This document shows, piece after piece, positions 29,303 through 38,227 of a DNA stretch of 64,000 bases. A program made the translations under genes and the position numbers. Source of the stretch: Desulfurococcaceae archaeon. GTDB lineage: Archaea; Thermoproteota; Thermoprotei_A; Sulfolobales; Desulfurococcaceae. Each line of letters begins with the position of its first letter. The stretch's first letter is position 1. The DNA lies in the NCBI GenBank assembly GCA_020833225.1, contig JAJHQS010000003.1, positions 2,005 through 66,004 on the forward strand, in the 5' to 3' direction. Under the pieces are notes generated by a model that worked only from the letters and a program-made list of their open reading frames with translations, was not told where the DNA came from and did not search any database.

Positions 29303-30853
29303 ATGTCTATAACTCTCACAATACTTGAGCCTGTAAAGTTACCTGAAGACGTCAAGATACAGGTATTTGATATCCCTCCAGCACCGGCGAAGGGTGCTTT
29401 TTCTGATATACCTGTTGACGTTGGGCCTCAATATGAAGGTCAGAGAGTTAGAGCTCCGGATATGTATGTTGAACTCGGGGGTACAAAAGTTAAATATAAG
29501 TTTGAGTTGTTTAGAGTTAAAGGACTTGAAGAAGTAGAAGACGGTAAGGTTATTCTCATAGGTCCTGATATACCTGAACTTAAAGAGGGTTCTAGCATCC
29601 CATATGCGGTTATAATAGAGGCGGCGGGTAAGGGGCTTGAAATTGAAGGTGAGGGTGTTCTTGAAAGGAGGATTCACGAGTTTAGCAATTATATTCAGGG
29701 GTATATGCATTTAAATCAGAGATATGATATATGGCTTAGAATAAGTAAGAGATCTGTTCAAAAAGGTCTTAACTCATTTAAATATATAGGTACAGTTCTC
29801 TACAGGTTATTTAAGTCTGCGTTTCCAATAATAGAGAAACTAAGAGTAATAATTATAACAGATCCCAGGGTTGTAGAGCTTCTCTATCCTCAAGCTATGA
29901 AGGTTTATGAGGAGAGAGATCGTAGAGCGCTTGGTTTAAGAGATGAAGATGTTGACATGTTTTACTCGTGTAAACTCTGTCAATCATTTGCACCTACACA
30001 TGTCTGTATAATTACCCCTGAGAGGCCGTCTGCTTGTGGTGCTATATCATGGCTTGACGCGAGAGTTGCAGCTAAGATAGATCCTAAGGGGCCAATACAA
30101 CCTGTTCCAAAGGGTAAATTATTAGATCCTATAGGAGGCGAATATGAAGGTGCAAACGAAGTTATTAAGAAGCTCTCTAATGGAGCTGTTCAGAGGGTGA
30201 GATTATATTCATTATTTGAATACCCACCGACTATATGTGGTTGTTTTGAAATAGCAACATTCTACATGCCTGAACTCGACGCAGTAGGCCTTGTGCACAG
30301 GGGGTTTGCTGGTGTTACACCAATTGGCCTTAAATTCAGCCAAGTTGCAGACACTGTGGGTGGAGGTAAACAAGTACCTGGATTTCAAGGTATTGGGATA
30401 TTATACTTGAGGAGTAAGAAGTTATTTCAAGCAGATGGAGGCTGGACAAGGATTGTATGGATGACTTCAGAGCTTAAAGAGAGAGTACTAGATGCTATAC
30501 CACTAGAACTCAGAGACAAAATTGCAACTGAAAAAGAGGCTACAACTATTGAGGAGTTAAAGAAGTTCTTAATAGAGAAGGGTCATCCAATAGTACAGAG
30601 GTGGAGGGAGAAGGAGAAGAAAGAAGAGAAGAAGATCGAGGAGAAAGCTCTTCCAACACCACAACCCACACAACCTCAAATTCAAGCCCCACAATTAGTA
30701 ATGCAGCCTCAAGTTGTCTCAACAATTATAACGCCTCAGCAAGCGTTAATCCCACAACAAATAGCTGGAGGCGTGACACTGGTGTTTAAAGGTGTAAAAA
30801 TACGCGTTGGAAAAATCGTTATTAAGAAGAGTAGTGTAGGTGAGAGTAAATGA
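29303..30853 (+). CDS. cdhC: Acetyl-CoA decarbonylase/synthase beta subunit (A-cluster acetyl-CoA synthase)
   Basis: CKLCQSFAPTHVCIITPERPSACGAISWLDA and the Cys-Gly-Cys motif (TICGCFE). The C-terminal tail is rich in Lys/Glu and Pro/Gln. Confidence 0.9.
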   Translation: MSITLTILEPVKLPEDVKIQVFDIPPAPAKGAFSDIPVDVGPQYEGQRVRAPDMYVELGGTKVKYKFELFRVKGLEEVEDGKVILIGPDIPELKEGSSIPYAVIIEAAGKGLEIEGEGVLERRIHEFSNYIQGYMHLNQRYDIWLRISKRSVQKGLNSFKYIGTVLYRLFKSAFPIIEKLRVIIITDPRVVELLYPQAMKVYEERDRRALGLRDEDVDMFYSCKLCQSFAPTHVCIITPERPSACGAISWLDARVAAKIDPKGPIQPVPKGKLLDPIGGEYEGANEVIKKLSNGAVQRVRLYSLFEYPPTICGCFEIATFYMPELDAVGLVHRGFAGVTPIGLKFSQVADTVGGGKQVPGFQGIGILYLRSKKLFQADGGWTRIVWMTSELKERVLDAIPLELRDKIATEKEATTIEELKKFLIEKGHPIVQRWREKEKKEEKKIEEKALPTPQPTQPQIQAPQLVMQPQVVSTIITPQQALIPQQIAGGVTLVFKGVKIRVGKIVIKKSSVGESK

Positions 30854-32163
30854 GTGAAAAGACTTCTAAGAGAGATAAAGATGAAATAAAAGCTAAACAA
30901 GAGGCAACTATATACGGCTTACTCGCTAAGATTATAGAGGCTTTAGAGAAAGGTGTTGTAGAGTTATACAATGTTGAAGTTAATGCTGAAGAACTCGAGA
31001 TTAGACTCACGCCTCAACAAATACCAATACCAGTCGTTATCACACCACCCCAAGCAGTTGCAGAAGCTAAACCTGAGGTTAAAGCGGCTTACGAGGTTGC
31101 AAAAGCTGTTGAAGTCGTAGCTAAGAAAGTTGTTGAGTTAGCTAAAATAGCCTTTGAAGAACCTAGACCCCAGTTTAGTGGTAGAGTACTTGAGGTGAAA
31201 CTTGGAGCCTCTAGAGGAGAGGGTGGAAGTAGAGATAGTGTTATTGTAGTAGGAGGTCATACTATGCCAGCATATTATTACCTATCAGGATATAAGCCTC
31301 CACATCCACCAGCATTTGGCGGAGACGTTTTTGACATGAAAATAGGATTACCGAGAGCAGTAAAACTCGCATTTGGAGATGCTCTTGATAATCCAGCTGA
31401 GTGGGCTAGAATCTGGGTTGAGAAGTATGGGGCTGAAGCCATAGACATACACCTAGTGAGCACAGATCCCACAATTAAAGATGCTTCTCCAGAAGAAGCT
31501 GTAAAAACTGTTGACACTATTCTCCAAGTTGTTAAAGTACCTATAGTTGTCGGTGGTTCTGGAAACCCTGAAAAAGACATTGTAGTTTTTAGAAGAATCG
31601 TTGAGGCATTTCCCTCAGAGGGGCTTGTAATTAATAGTTTAAACTTAGATATGAAGCTTGAAGATGTCTGTCCACATATAGCTAAGACAAACGCTATTGT
31701 TATAGACTTCTCGCCAATGGATCTAGATAAGGCTGAGCAGATAAATAGAAAGGTCTATGAGTGGATACCGAGAAATAGAATAATGTTGGATCTAAATATT
31801 GGTGGTATAGGTTATGGTACAGAATATGGATTTACAACTATGGAGAGAGCTAGGTTATCTGCACTAATAGGTAATGAGCTACTACAACACCCATTTAATG
31901 TAGGAGCTGCCAACGCTTGGGGTGCTAGAGAAGCATGGATTACAATGGACCCATATTGGGGTCCTAAGGAAATTAGAGGTCCTCTTTGGGAGACACTTAC
32001 TAGTCTCATATGTCTATTAACAGGAGCTGACTACTACATGTTAGTACACCCACTAACTGTTAAAACTATGAAAGCTGTTAGAGAATACTTATTCAGTGAA
32101 CCTAAACCCAAGGATCCGGAAAAAGCCCTAGACTGGTTATCGAGAAGTCTACCGGTGTTTTAA
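30850..32163 (+). CDS. cdhD: Acetyl-CoA decarbonylase/synthase delta subunit (small corrinoid Fe-S protein subunit)
   Basis: 437 aa with a TIM-barrel-like body. 4-nt overlap with cdhC. Lies between cdhC and the cluster-bearing gamma subunit. Confidence 0.8.
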   Translation: MSEKTSKRDKDEIKAKQEATIYGLLAKIIEALEKGVVELYNVEVNAEELEIRLTPQQIPIPVVITPPQAVAEAKPEVKAAYEVAKAVEVVAKKVVELAKIAFEEPRPQFSGRVLEVKLGASRGEGGSRDSVIVVGGHTMPAYYYLSGYKPPHPPAFGGDVFDMKIGLPRAVKLAFGDALDNPAEWARIWVEKYGAEAIDIHLVSTDPTIKDASPEEAVKTVDTILQVVKVPIVVGGSGNPEKDIVVFRRIVEAFPSEGLVINSLNLDMKLEDVCPHIAKTNAIVIDFSPMDLDKAEQINRKVYEWIPRNRIMLDLNIGGIGYGTEYGFTTMERARLSALIGNELLQHPFNVGAANAWGAREAWITMDPYWGPKEIRGPLWETLTSLICLLTGADYYMLVHPLTVKTMKAVREYLFSEPKPKDPEKALDWLSRSLPVF

Positions 32164-33612
32164 ATGCCTTGGAAACCCCCAACACCAATTGAAATATACC
32201 AGCTCTTGCCGAAAACAAATTGTGGGAGGTGTGGAGAAGCTAATTGCATGGCGTTTGCAGTACGTCTAGCAGCTTTAGAAGCCAAAGTAGAAGATTGCCC
32301 TCCACTAGTTGAAGAGGAGAAATATAAAGAGAACACTGAGAAGTTAAGGGAACTCCTCTTACCCCCTGTAAGAGAAGTAATATTGAAAAGCCCTAAGAGA
32401 ATTGTCAAGATTGGTGGTAAATATGTCCTCTTTAGGCATGAGTTGAGATATCATAATCCAACAGCAATAGCTATTGATGTAGATGACTCTATGGATAGAG
32501 ATATTATTGTTAAGAGAGTTAGAATGATAGAGAGCTTTGAATATGAATATGTGGGTCAAAAACTCAAATTAGACGCTATCGCTGTTAGATCTGTGACAAA
32601 TAACCCTGAGAAATATGCAAAAACCGTTTACACAGTAGTTGAAAACACAACTCTACCACTAATCCTCTGCTCAACAAACCCCGCAGTAATAGAGGCTGCC
32701 TTAGATGTTATAAGCCCACCTCACCATAGACCATTAATCTATGCTGCTACTAAAGACAACTGGAGAGATATGGCAGAAGTTGCAAAGAAATTTGATGTTC
32801 CATTAGTTATCGCTTCTCCAGGCGATCTTGACATGCTTGTCTCACTGGCAAAAACCTTATCAGAGGATATAGGCTTAAAAGACTTAGCACTAGATCCTGG
32901 TTGTTTTGTAGGGCCTGGAGGGCTCTCATATACTATTAAGGCATATTCGTGGTTGAGATATAAGGCTACATATGATCTCTGGAAGTACGCTAAGTATCCA
33001 CTAGTAGCTACACCTATTTCTGTGTGGATGCAGATAACTGGAGATCCCAAGGACGTTATGTGGTGGGAGGCAATACTTACAACAATTCTCATGACGCGCT
33101 ATGCAGACTTAATTATTATGCACTCTCTAGACGGATGGGTTTTACTGCCTCAAGTAATGTGGAGATTTCAACTATACACAGATCCCAGGAAGCCTGTCTC
33201 TGTACCACCAGGTCTAAGGGAGATTGGAAAACCAGATGAAATGAGCCCTGTTCTCGTAACTACAAATTACGCATTAACGTATTCTGTTGTCTTAAGTGAC
33301 GCTGAGAAGGCTAAGGTAAATGCGTGGTTGCTAGTTGTAGATACTGAGGGCTTAGCAGTAGACGTAAGTGTAGCAGGTAGAAAGTTCACGGGAGATAGAG
33401 TTGCTGAAGCTATTAAGACTACAGGGCTTGAAAATAAAGTAAAACACAGAGTTCTAATAATACCTGGCAAAGCAGCTAGGGTTTCTGGAGAAATAGAAGA
33501 TGCCTCAAAGTGGAGGGTTATAGTTGGACCCATGGACTCCTCAGAGATCGGTAAGTGGTTAGAGAAGAATTGGACCTCAGAAAAGATCAGAGAACTCATG
33601 GAGGGGGCATAA
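32164..33612 (+). CDS. cdhE: Acetyl-CoA decarbonylase/synthase gamma subunit (large corrinoid Fe-S protein subunit)
   Basis: N-terminal [4Fe-4S] motif CGRCGEANCMAF...C. 482 aa. Confidence 0.85.
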   Translation: MPWKPPTPIEIYQLLPKTNCGRCGEANCMAFAVRLAALEAKVEDCPPLVEEEKYKENTEKLRELLLPPVREVILKSPKRIVKIGGKYVLFRHELRYHNPTAIAIDVDDSMDRDIIVKRVRMIESFEYEYVGQKLKLDAIAVRSVTNNPEKYAKTVYTVVENTTLPLILCSTNPAVIEAALDVISPPHHRPLIYAATKDNWRDMAEVAKKFDVPLVIASPGDLDMLVSLAKTLSEDIGLKDLALDPGCFVGPGGLSYTIKAYSWLRYKATYDLWKYAKYPLVATPISVWMQITGDPKDVMWWEAILTTILMTRYADLIIMHSLDGWVLLPQVMWRFQLYTDPRKPVSVPPGLREIGKPDEMSPVLVTTNYALTYSVVLSDAEKAKVNAWLLVVDTEGLAVDVSVAGRKFTGDRVAEAIKTTGLENKVKHRVLIIPGKAARVSGEIEDASKWRVIVGPMDSSEIGKWLEKNWTSEKIRELMEGA

Positions 33613-33708
33613 AATTCAACTAGTTTTAATAATCCCTTTAAATAGATCGCTTATACATTTAACACAGCAATGTAGCATTTTTAGTTAACGTGAGAAATAA
33701 AAGCATCT

Positions 33709-35577
33709 ATGAGGTGTTACGCTACGATTACAGAGGATATAGAGTGTCTTGTATACTTTTTACCCCATAATATTACTGTTAAAGTAGCTAAAGGCACCAC
33801 GATTCTTGAAGCAGCACTTAAAGCTGGTATTGGAATTAGGAGTGTGTGTGGAGGTAAGGGGCTTTGTGGAAAATGTAAAGTTATTGTGAGGAGAGGTCAT
33901 GTTGAAACTAGGAGAAGTGATCTCTTAAAACGCGAAGAAGTTGAAAAGGGTCTTGTACTAGCTTGTTTAGCTAGAGTTATGGAAAACATTGAAGTAGAAA
34001 TCCCTATTGAGAGCCAAATGGGAAAACCTAAATTACAGTCATCTGTAGTATTACCAAGTATTAGGCCTAAACCTCTAATTAAAAGAGTAATACTCACTCC
34101 ACGTGATTTTTCTAATACTTTGTTAACATATAATCCTAGTGTAGATGTCTTAGAAAAACTCCCTGAAATTGAGCGTAGAGGTGTGCAGAAAGTTATAACA
34201 GTGTTAAATGATATTAAGAAGAGAATTATTGATGTAAGTGAAAGTGAGAAGGGGCTTTACGGCTTAGCAGTAGATATTGGAACAACAAAGATCGCGGCAG
34301 CTTTAGTTAACATTGCTGAAGGGAGAGTTTTAGATACCGCCTCTGAGTTTAATAAACAACTAGTTTACGGTGAAGACATTGTCTCTAGGATAAGATTTGT
34401 ACTTGACAGAAGAGACGGGTTGAGAGAAATACAGAGGGCAGCTGTAGAGACAATAAATACTGTTATTGAAGCACTGTGTAAAAAACACAAGATACATAGA
34501 GAAGACATTTACATAGTCACAGCTGCAGGTAATACTGTAATGACATATCTCTTCGTAGGTCTTGATCCCTACCCACTAATAAAATCCTTTAAAGAACGGG
34601 TAGATGTGCCTAGAACTCCATATTGGTTAGAGGCTAGAGATATAGGGGTTAATGTAAATAAAAATGCTGATATATACGTACTTCCCTGTGCAGGTAGATT
34701 TCTAGGTGGTGATGTAGTAGGAGATATAATAACAGCTGGACTTAACTTCTCTCATGAGCCAGCATTACTCATAGATATAGGTACAAACACTGAGGTTGTA
34801 ATTGGCTGTAAAGACTGGTTTTTAGGTGCTACAGCGCCCGCGGGACCTGCTTTTGAAGGCTGGGGTTTAACACATGGAGTTAGAGCTGTTGCAGGCGCTA
34901 TTGAGAGCGTTATAATAGACTCTAAAACTTGTAGAGCGATATATAGGACTATAGATGGCGTTAAACCTATTGGTATATGTGGCTCTGGCTACATAGATCT
35001 CTTAGCTCAACTCTTTATTAACGGCTTAATAGACTTATTTGGAAAATTCTATAAAGATTGTAATTGCCCATATATTAGGAGAAGTGAGAGAGGCTATGAG
35101 TATGTTGTAGTACCAGCTGAGGAGTCTGCTATCGGTAGAGATATTGTTGTCACTGAGGAGGACTTATATAATATCATAGACTCAAAATCCTCTGTTTGTA
35201 GTGCTATATCAGTGCTCATGAAGAAAATGCTTCTCACAGTAAATGACATTAGGAGGGTCTATGTATGTGGTGCTTTTGGAAGTTATCTCAATTTGAATAG
35301 TGCTATGACTATAGGTATGATACCTGAGTTCACTAATGCCAGAGTAGAATATATAGGTAATGGGTCACTAGGTGGAGCTATACTCACACTTCTCTCAGAA
35401 GACTATAGGGTTGAAGCTGAGAGAGTTGCTAAACTACTCGCACCTATTGAACTACTATTAGACCCCGACTTCATGGAGGAATATCAAGCAGGATTTATGT
35501 TACCGGGGAAGAAAGAACTATTTCCAACATGGAGAGATGCTAGTAGAGGTATAAAGCCCTGGAAACGGGCTAGTTAA
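33709..35577 (+). CDS. Reductive activator of corrinoid Fe-S protein (RACo-type: [2Fe-2S] ferredoxin + ASKHA ATPase), copy 1
   Basis: N-terminal CGGKGLCGKCKV...LAC ferredoxin motif. ASKHA motifs LAVDIGTTKIA and LIDIGTNTEV. 622 aa. Confidence 0.8.
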   Translation: MRCYATITEDIECLVYFLPHNITVKVAKGTTILEAALKAGIGIRSVCGGKGLCGKCKVIVRRGHVETRRSDLLKREEVEKGLVLACLARVMENIEVEIPIESQMGKPKLQSSVVLPSIRPKPLIKRVILTPRDFSNTLLTYNPSVDVLEKLPEIERRGVQKVITVLNDIKKRIIDVSESEKGLYGLAVDIGTTKIAAALVNIAEGRVLDTASEFNKQLVYGEDIVSRIRFVLDRRDGLREIQRAAVETINTVIEALCKKHKIHREDIYIVTAAGNTVMTYLFVGLDPYPLIKSFKERVDVPRTPYWLEARDIGVNVNKNADIYVLPCAGRFLGGDVVGDIITAGLNFSHEPALLIDIGTNTEVVIGCKDWFLGATAPAGPAFEGWGLTHGVRAVAGAIESVIIDSKTCRAIYRTIDGVKPIGICGSGYIDLLAQLFINGLIDLFGKFYKDCNCPYIRRSERGYEYVVVPAEESAIGRDIVVTEEDLYNIIDSKSSVCSAISVLMKKMLLTVNDIRRVYVCGAFGSYLNLNSAMTIGMIPEFTNARVEYIGNGSLGGAILTLLSEDYRVEAERVAKLLAPIELLLDPDFMEEYQAGFMLPGKKELFPTWRDASRGIKPWKRAS

Positions 35578-35578
35578 C

Positions 35579-36367
35579 TTGGTGTATAATGTGCCTAAGA
35601 GGCCATTTTATGCCTCAATATCTGGGAAAGGTGGTACAGGTAAGACTGTACTCACAGCACTATTACTTAGAGTTCTATTAGAAGCATCTATAAATGACGA
35701 GGTCTTAATTGTAGATGCGGATCCCGCTACTAATCTACCCCAAGTTCTAGGAATACCTATTAATAAGACTATTGGCGATGTTGCTGAAGAGTTTAGGAGA
35801 GGATTTCAAAAACTTGATAATCTCGGCTTTGAGAAAAGTGCTCTCTTAGAATACTACATTATGAGAGACTGTATTGTTGAAATGGATAGATTTGATTTTA
35901 TAGCTATGGGTAGAGGTGAAGGTGAGGGGTGTTATTGCTATGTCAACGCCGTTCTCTCAGGGATTCTCGGTAAACTAGTTCAACACTATAGTGTCGTCTT
36001 AATGGACATGGAGGCTGGTTTAGAACACTTAAATAGGAGATTAGATAGACATGTAAATACATTTATCATTGTAGTTGACAACTCTCTTATGAGTTTAAAG
36101 ACAGCTGAAAAGATAAAAGAGATCATCAGGGAAGTAAACTTGAAAATAGATGAAATATATGTTGTAGGGAATAGGCTTTCAAGTAAGCGAGAAGAAGACA
36201 TAGTTAAATGGGCTTCTCAGAACAAGTTAAAATATGCTGGGACAATACCCGAGGATAAATGTATAGCTGAGCATGCTGCCACAGGAACACCGCTACTAAA
36301 TATTCCAAGTAACTCTGAGGCTTTAAAAGCAGCATATCAAATAGCAAAAAACATTAATCTCATTTAA
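35579..36367 (+). CDS. cooC: CooC-type Ni-insertion ATPase (copy 2, AcsF-like)
   Basis: SGKGGTGKTV, DADPATNL, and CxC (GCYCYV). Confidence 0.8.
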   Translation: MVYNVPKRPFYASISGKGGTGKTVLTALLLRVLLEASINDEVLIVDADPATNLPQVLGIPINKTIGDVAEEFRRGFQKLDNLGFEKSALLEYYIMRDCIVEMDRFDFIAMGRGEGEGCYCYVNAVLSGILGKLVQHYSVVLMDMEAGLEHLNRRLDRHVNTFIIVVDNSLMSLKTAEKIKEIIREVNLKIDEIYVVGNRLSSKREEDIVKWASQNKLKYAGTIPEDKCIAEHAATGTPLLNIPSNSEALKAAYQIAKNINLI

Positions 36368-36428
36368 CATAATACTACAGTAAGAAAACTATTAAAGTTA
36401 AAAAAACTTAATTAATAGGGGGGGTGGC

Positions 36429-37106
36429 TTGTCTTTCTGGGATCTCTATTCTTGGGAGAGAGTAAGAGATAAGATAAAGACACTACCTGGGAGATTGGGT
36501 TTTGAGAAGAGAGATAAGTTGAGTTTTTTTGGGCTTACACTAGATCTTGAGACTGGAGCTATATATGATAATGTCTTAGAGAGATATTTAACGAGAAAAG
36601 AAGCTAGTGGCGTATATTTTATTCTCTCACTCTACGCTGAGACAAGAGAAGATATTGGAGAGAGTGGTGAGATTGTTTCATTATCTAGGCATTTATGTCC
36701 TTTTATTCACTGTCCAAATCTCAGAGCAAACATTGCTGTTATCGAGAAAATTTTTGGGAGAGATCCACAATTATTATATAGAGTTGCAGAGCCATTTAAT
36801 TATAAACCAGTAGATCTTGGAGATGCCGGTATAAAAGTGTATGCATTACCACGTGTTCCACTTATTTTAGCTGTGTGGGCTGGGGAGGAAGAATTACCTC
36901 CATCAAGTGAAATATTATTTGATAAGTCAGCTTCACACTACTTAACAGGAGAACCTTCAGCTGTATGTGAAGCTGCACTTGGATTAGCTCGTGCTTTAAC
37001 AGCAAGACTTATATTAAAGCTCGCTAAAGACTTAAAACTAGACGTATCTAAAATCGAAATTACATATGGAGGTTTCGGTGGCTATGGTTATGTGTGTGCA
37101 GAATGA
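36429..37106 (+). CDS. Uncharacterised protein at the end of the CODH/ACS cluster (possibly DUF3786-like)
   Basis: 225 aa with no motif I can assign. Cys-containing (HLCPFIHCPN) with a Gly/Tyr-rich C-terminus, GGFGGYGYVCAE. Same strand as, and close to, cooC copy 2. Confidence 0.3.
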   Translation: MSFWDLYSWERVRDKIKTLPGRLGFEKRDKLSFFGLTLDLETGAIYDNVLERYLTRKEASGVYFILSLYAETREDIGESGEIVSLSRHLCPFIHCPNLRANIAVIEKIFGRDPQLLYRVAEPFNYKPVDLGDAGIKVYALPRVPLILAVWAGEEELPPSSEILFDKSASHYLTGEPSAVCEAALGLARALTARLILKLAKDLKLDVSKIEITYGGFGGYGYVCAE

Positions 37107-37149
37107 GGTTGTAGTTAAAAAGCTCTTAAAGTGAATTAGAGTTTAAAAA

Positions 37150-38223
37150 TCATTGTAAAAGCTCTTTCCACTTAACCTCCTTCTCAATGGTTTCAAGAAT
37201 ATCGGTTTCCTTCGCCTTTAATGAGCTAGGTGTTATAATAGATTGTACTTCTCTTAATTTCTCAACTGTGGTATAAGTGTCATAGGGAACTAGGAGTATT
37301 GGTGTACCTGTTTCACGTGCTTTTACTAGTACACTTATATCTGGGTAAAGACCTCCTGTAAGTATCACTACACTCGGCTTAGTCTCCAGAGCAGTTATTA
37401 TTAAATCTGTTCTATCACCTCCTGTAACAATGGCTGCGTTAATAGCTCTCCTAAGCCATCTAAGAGCTGCTGTAGGAGCCATTGCACCAATTAATATATC
37501 TTCTACAATGTTGTTGAGTTTATCTTTATTCTCAAGAATCTCTGCATTTAGAGCTTCAACTATATCGCTAACTGTAGGTGCTGTTAATCTCGCCTTCTCC
37601 CTTATAACACCATACACTTTAAGCCCTAATCTTTCTATCTCAGGTACAATGACATCTTCTACTCTCTCACTGTAGTATATTGGTACATTATTTACTATTA
37701 CGCCATCTATTTTAGCCCCGTGATATTCAAAATAACAATTATATAATATGAGTTTATCTACTACTTCATCAACGACATCTCTCTCTTTTACATTTAATAC
37801 AAATACTGTTTTGGCATTAAGCATCTTAGTGAGTTGAGGTAGTGGGAAGCCGATAGAAGTCATTACTTCTAAATTTGGATAACTCTCAGCTAAGACCACG
37901 TCTTTTCCACTAGCTATTCTACTATAAGCCTCTTCAATTCTCTTTTTTAACGACTCTATATTATTCTTAAAGTTTAAGATGCTCCTAGTAATTATAATTG
38001 GGTTCATGTCTTCGAGGCTATCTTCTAAATTTAGTGCCTGTTTTAATGTAATAACATCTGGATCGATGTATGTCATTGAGGGAAGTTTATATCTAGCTTT
38101 TGAAATAGGTTTAAAATACCCTACTCTTAACCCCTCACTCGAGAATTTTCTTAATAAACCATAAATTAAAACACTCTTCCCCCTCTCGCCAATTAAGAAT
38201 ATTGTTTTAACCAATTTCCACAC
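37150..38223 (-). CDS. DRTGG-domain protein resembling the N-terminal (BioD-like + DRTGG) region of long phosphotransacetylases
   Basis: 357 aa. BioD/CobQ-like N-terminus (GLRVGYFKPI) and a C-terminal VTGGDRTDLIITALE...VILTGG DRTGG motif. 4-nt spacing from the acd gene. Confidence 0.6.
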   Translation of the reverse strand: MWKLVKTIFLIGERGKSVLIYGLLRKFSSEGLRVGYFKPISKARYKLPSMTYIDPDVITLKQALNLEDSLEDMNPIIITRSILNFKNNIESLKKRIEEAYSRIASGKDVVLAESYPNLEVMTSIGFPLPQLTKMLNAKTVFVLNVKERDVVDEVVDKLILYNCYFEYHGAKIDGVIVNNVPIYYSERVEDVIVPEIERLGLKVYGVIREKARLTAPTVSDIVEALNAEILENKDKLNNIVEDILIGAMAPTAALRWLRRAINAAIVTGGDRTDLIITALETKPSVVILTGGLYPDISVLVKARETGTPILLVPYDTYTTVEKLREVQSIITPSSLKAKETDILETIEKEVKWKELLQ

Positions 38224-38227
38224 CCCA

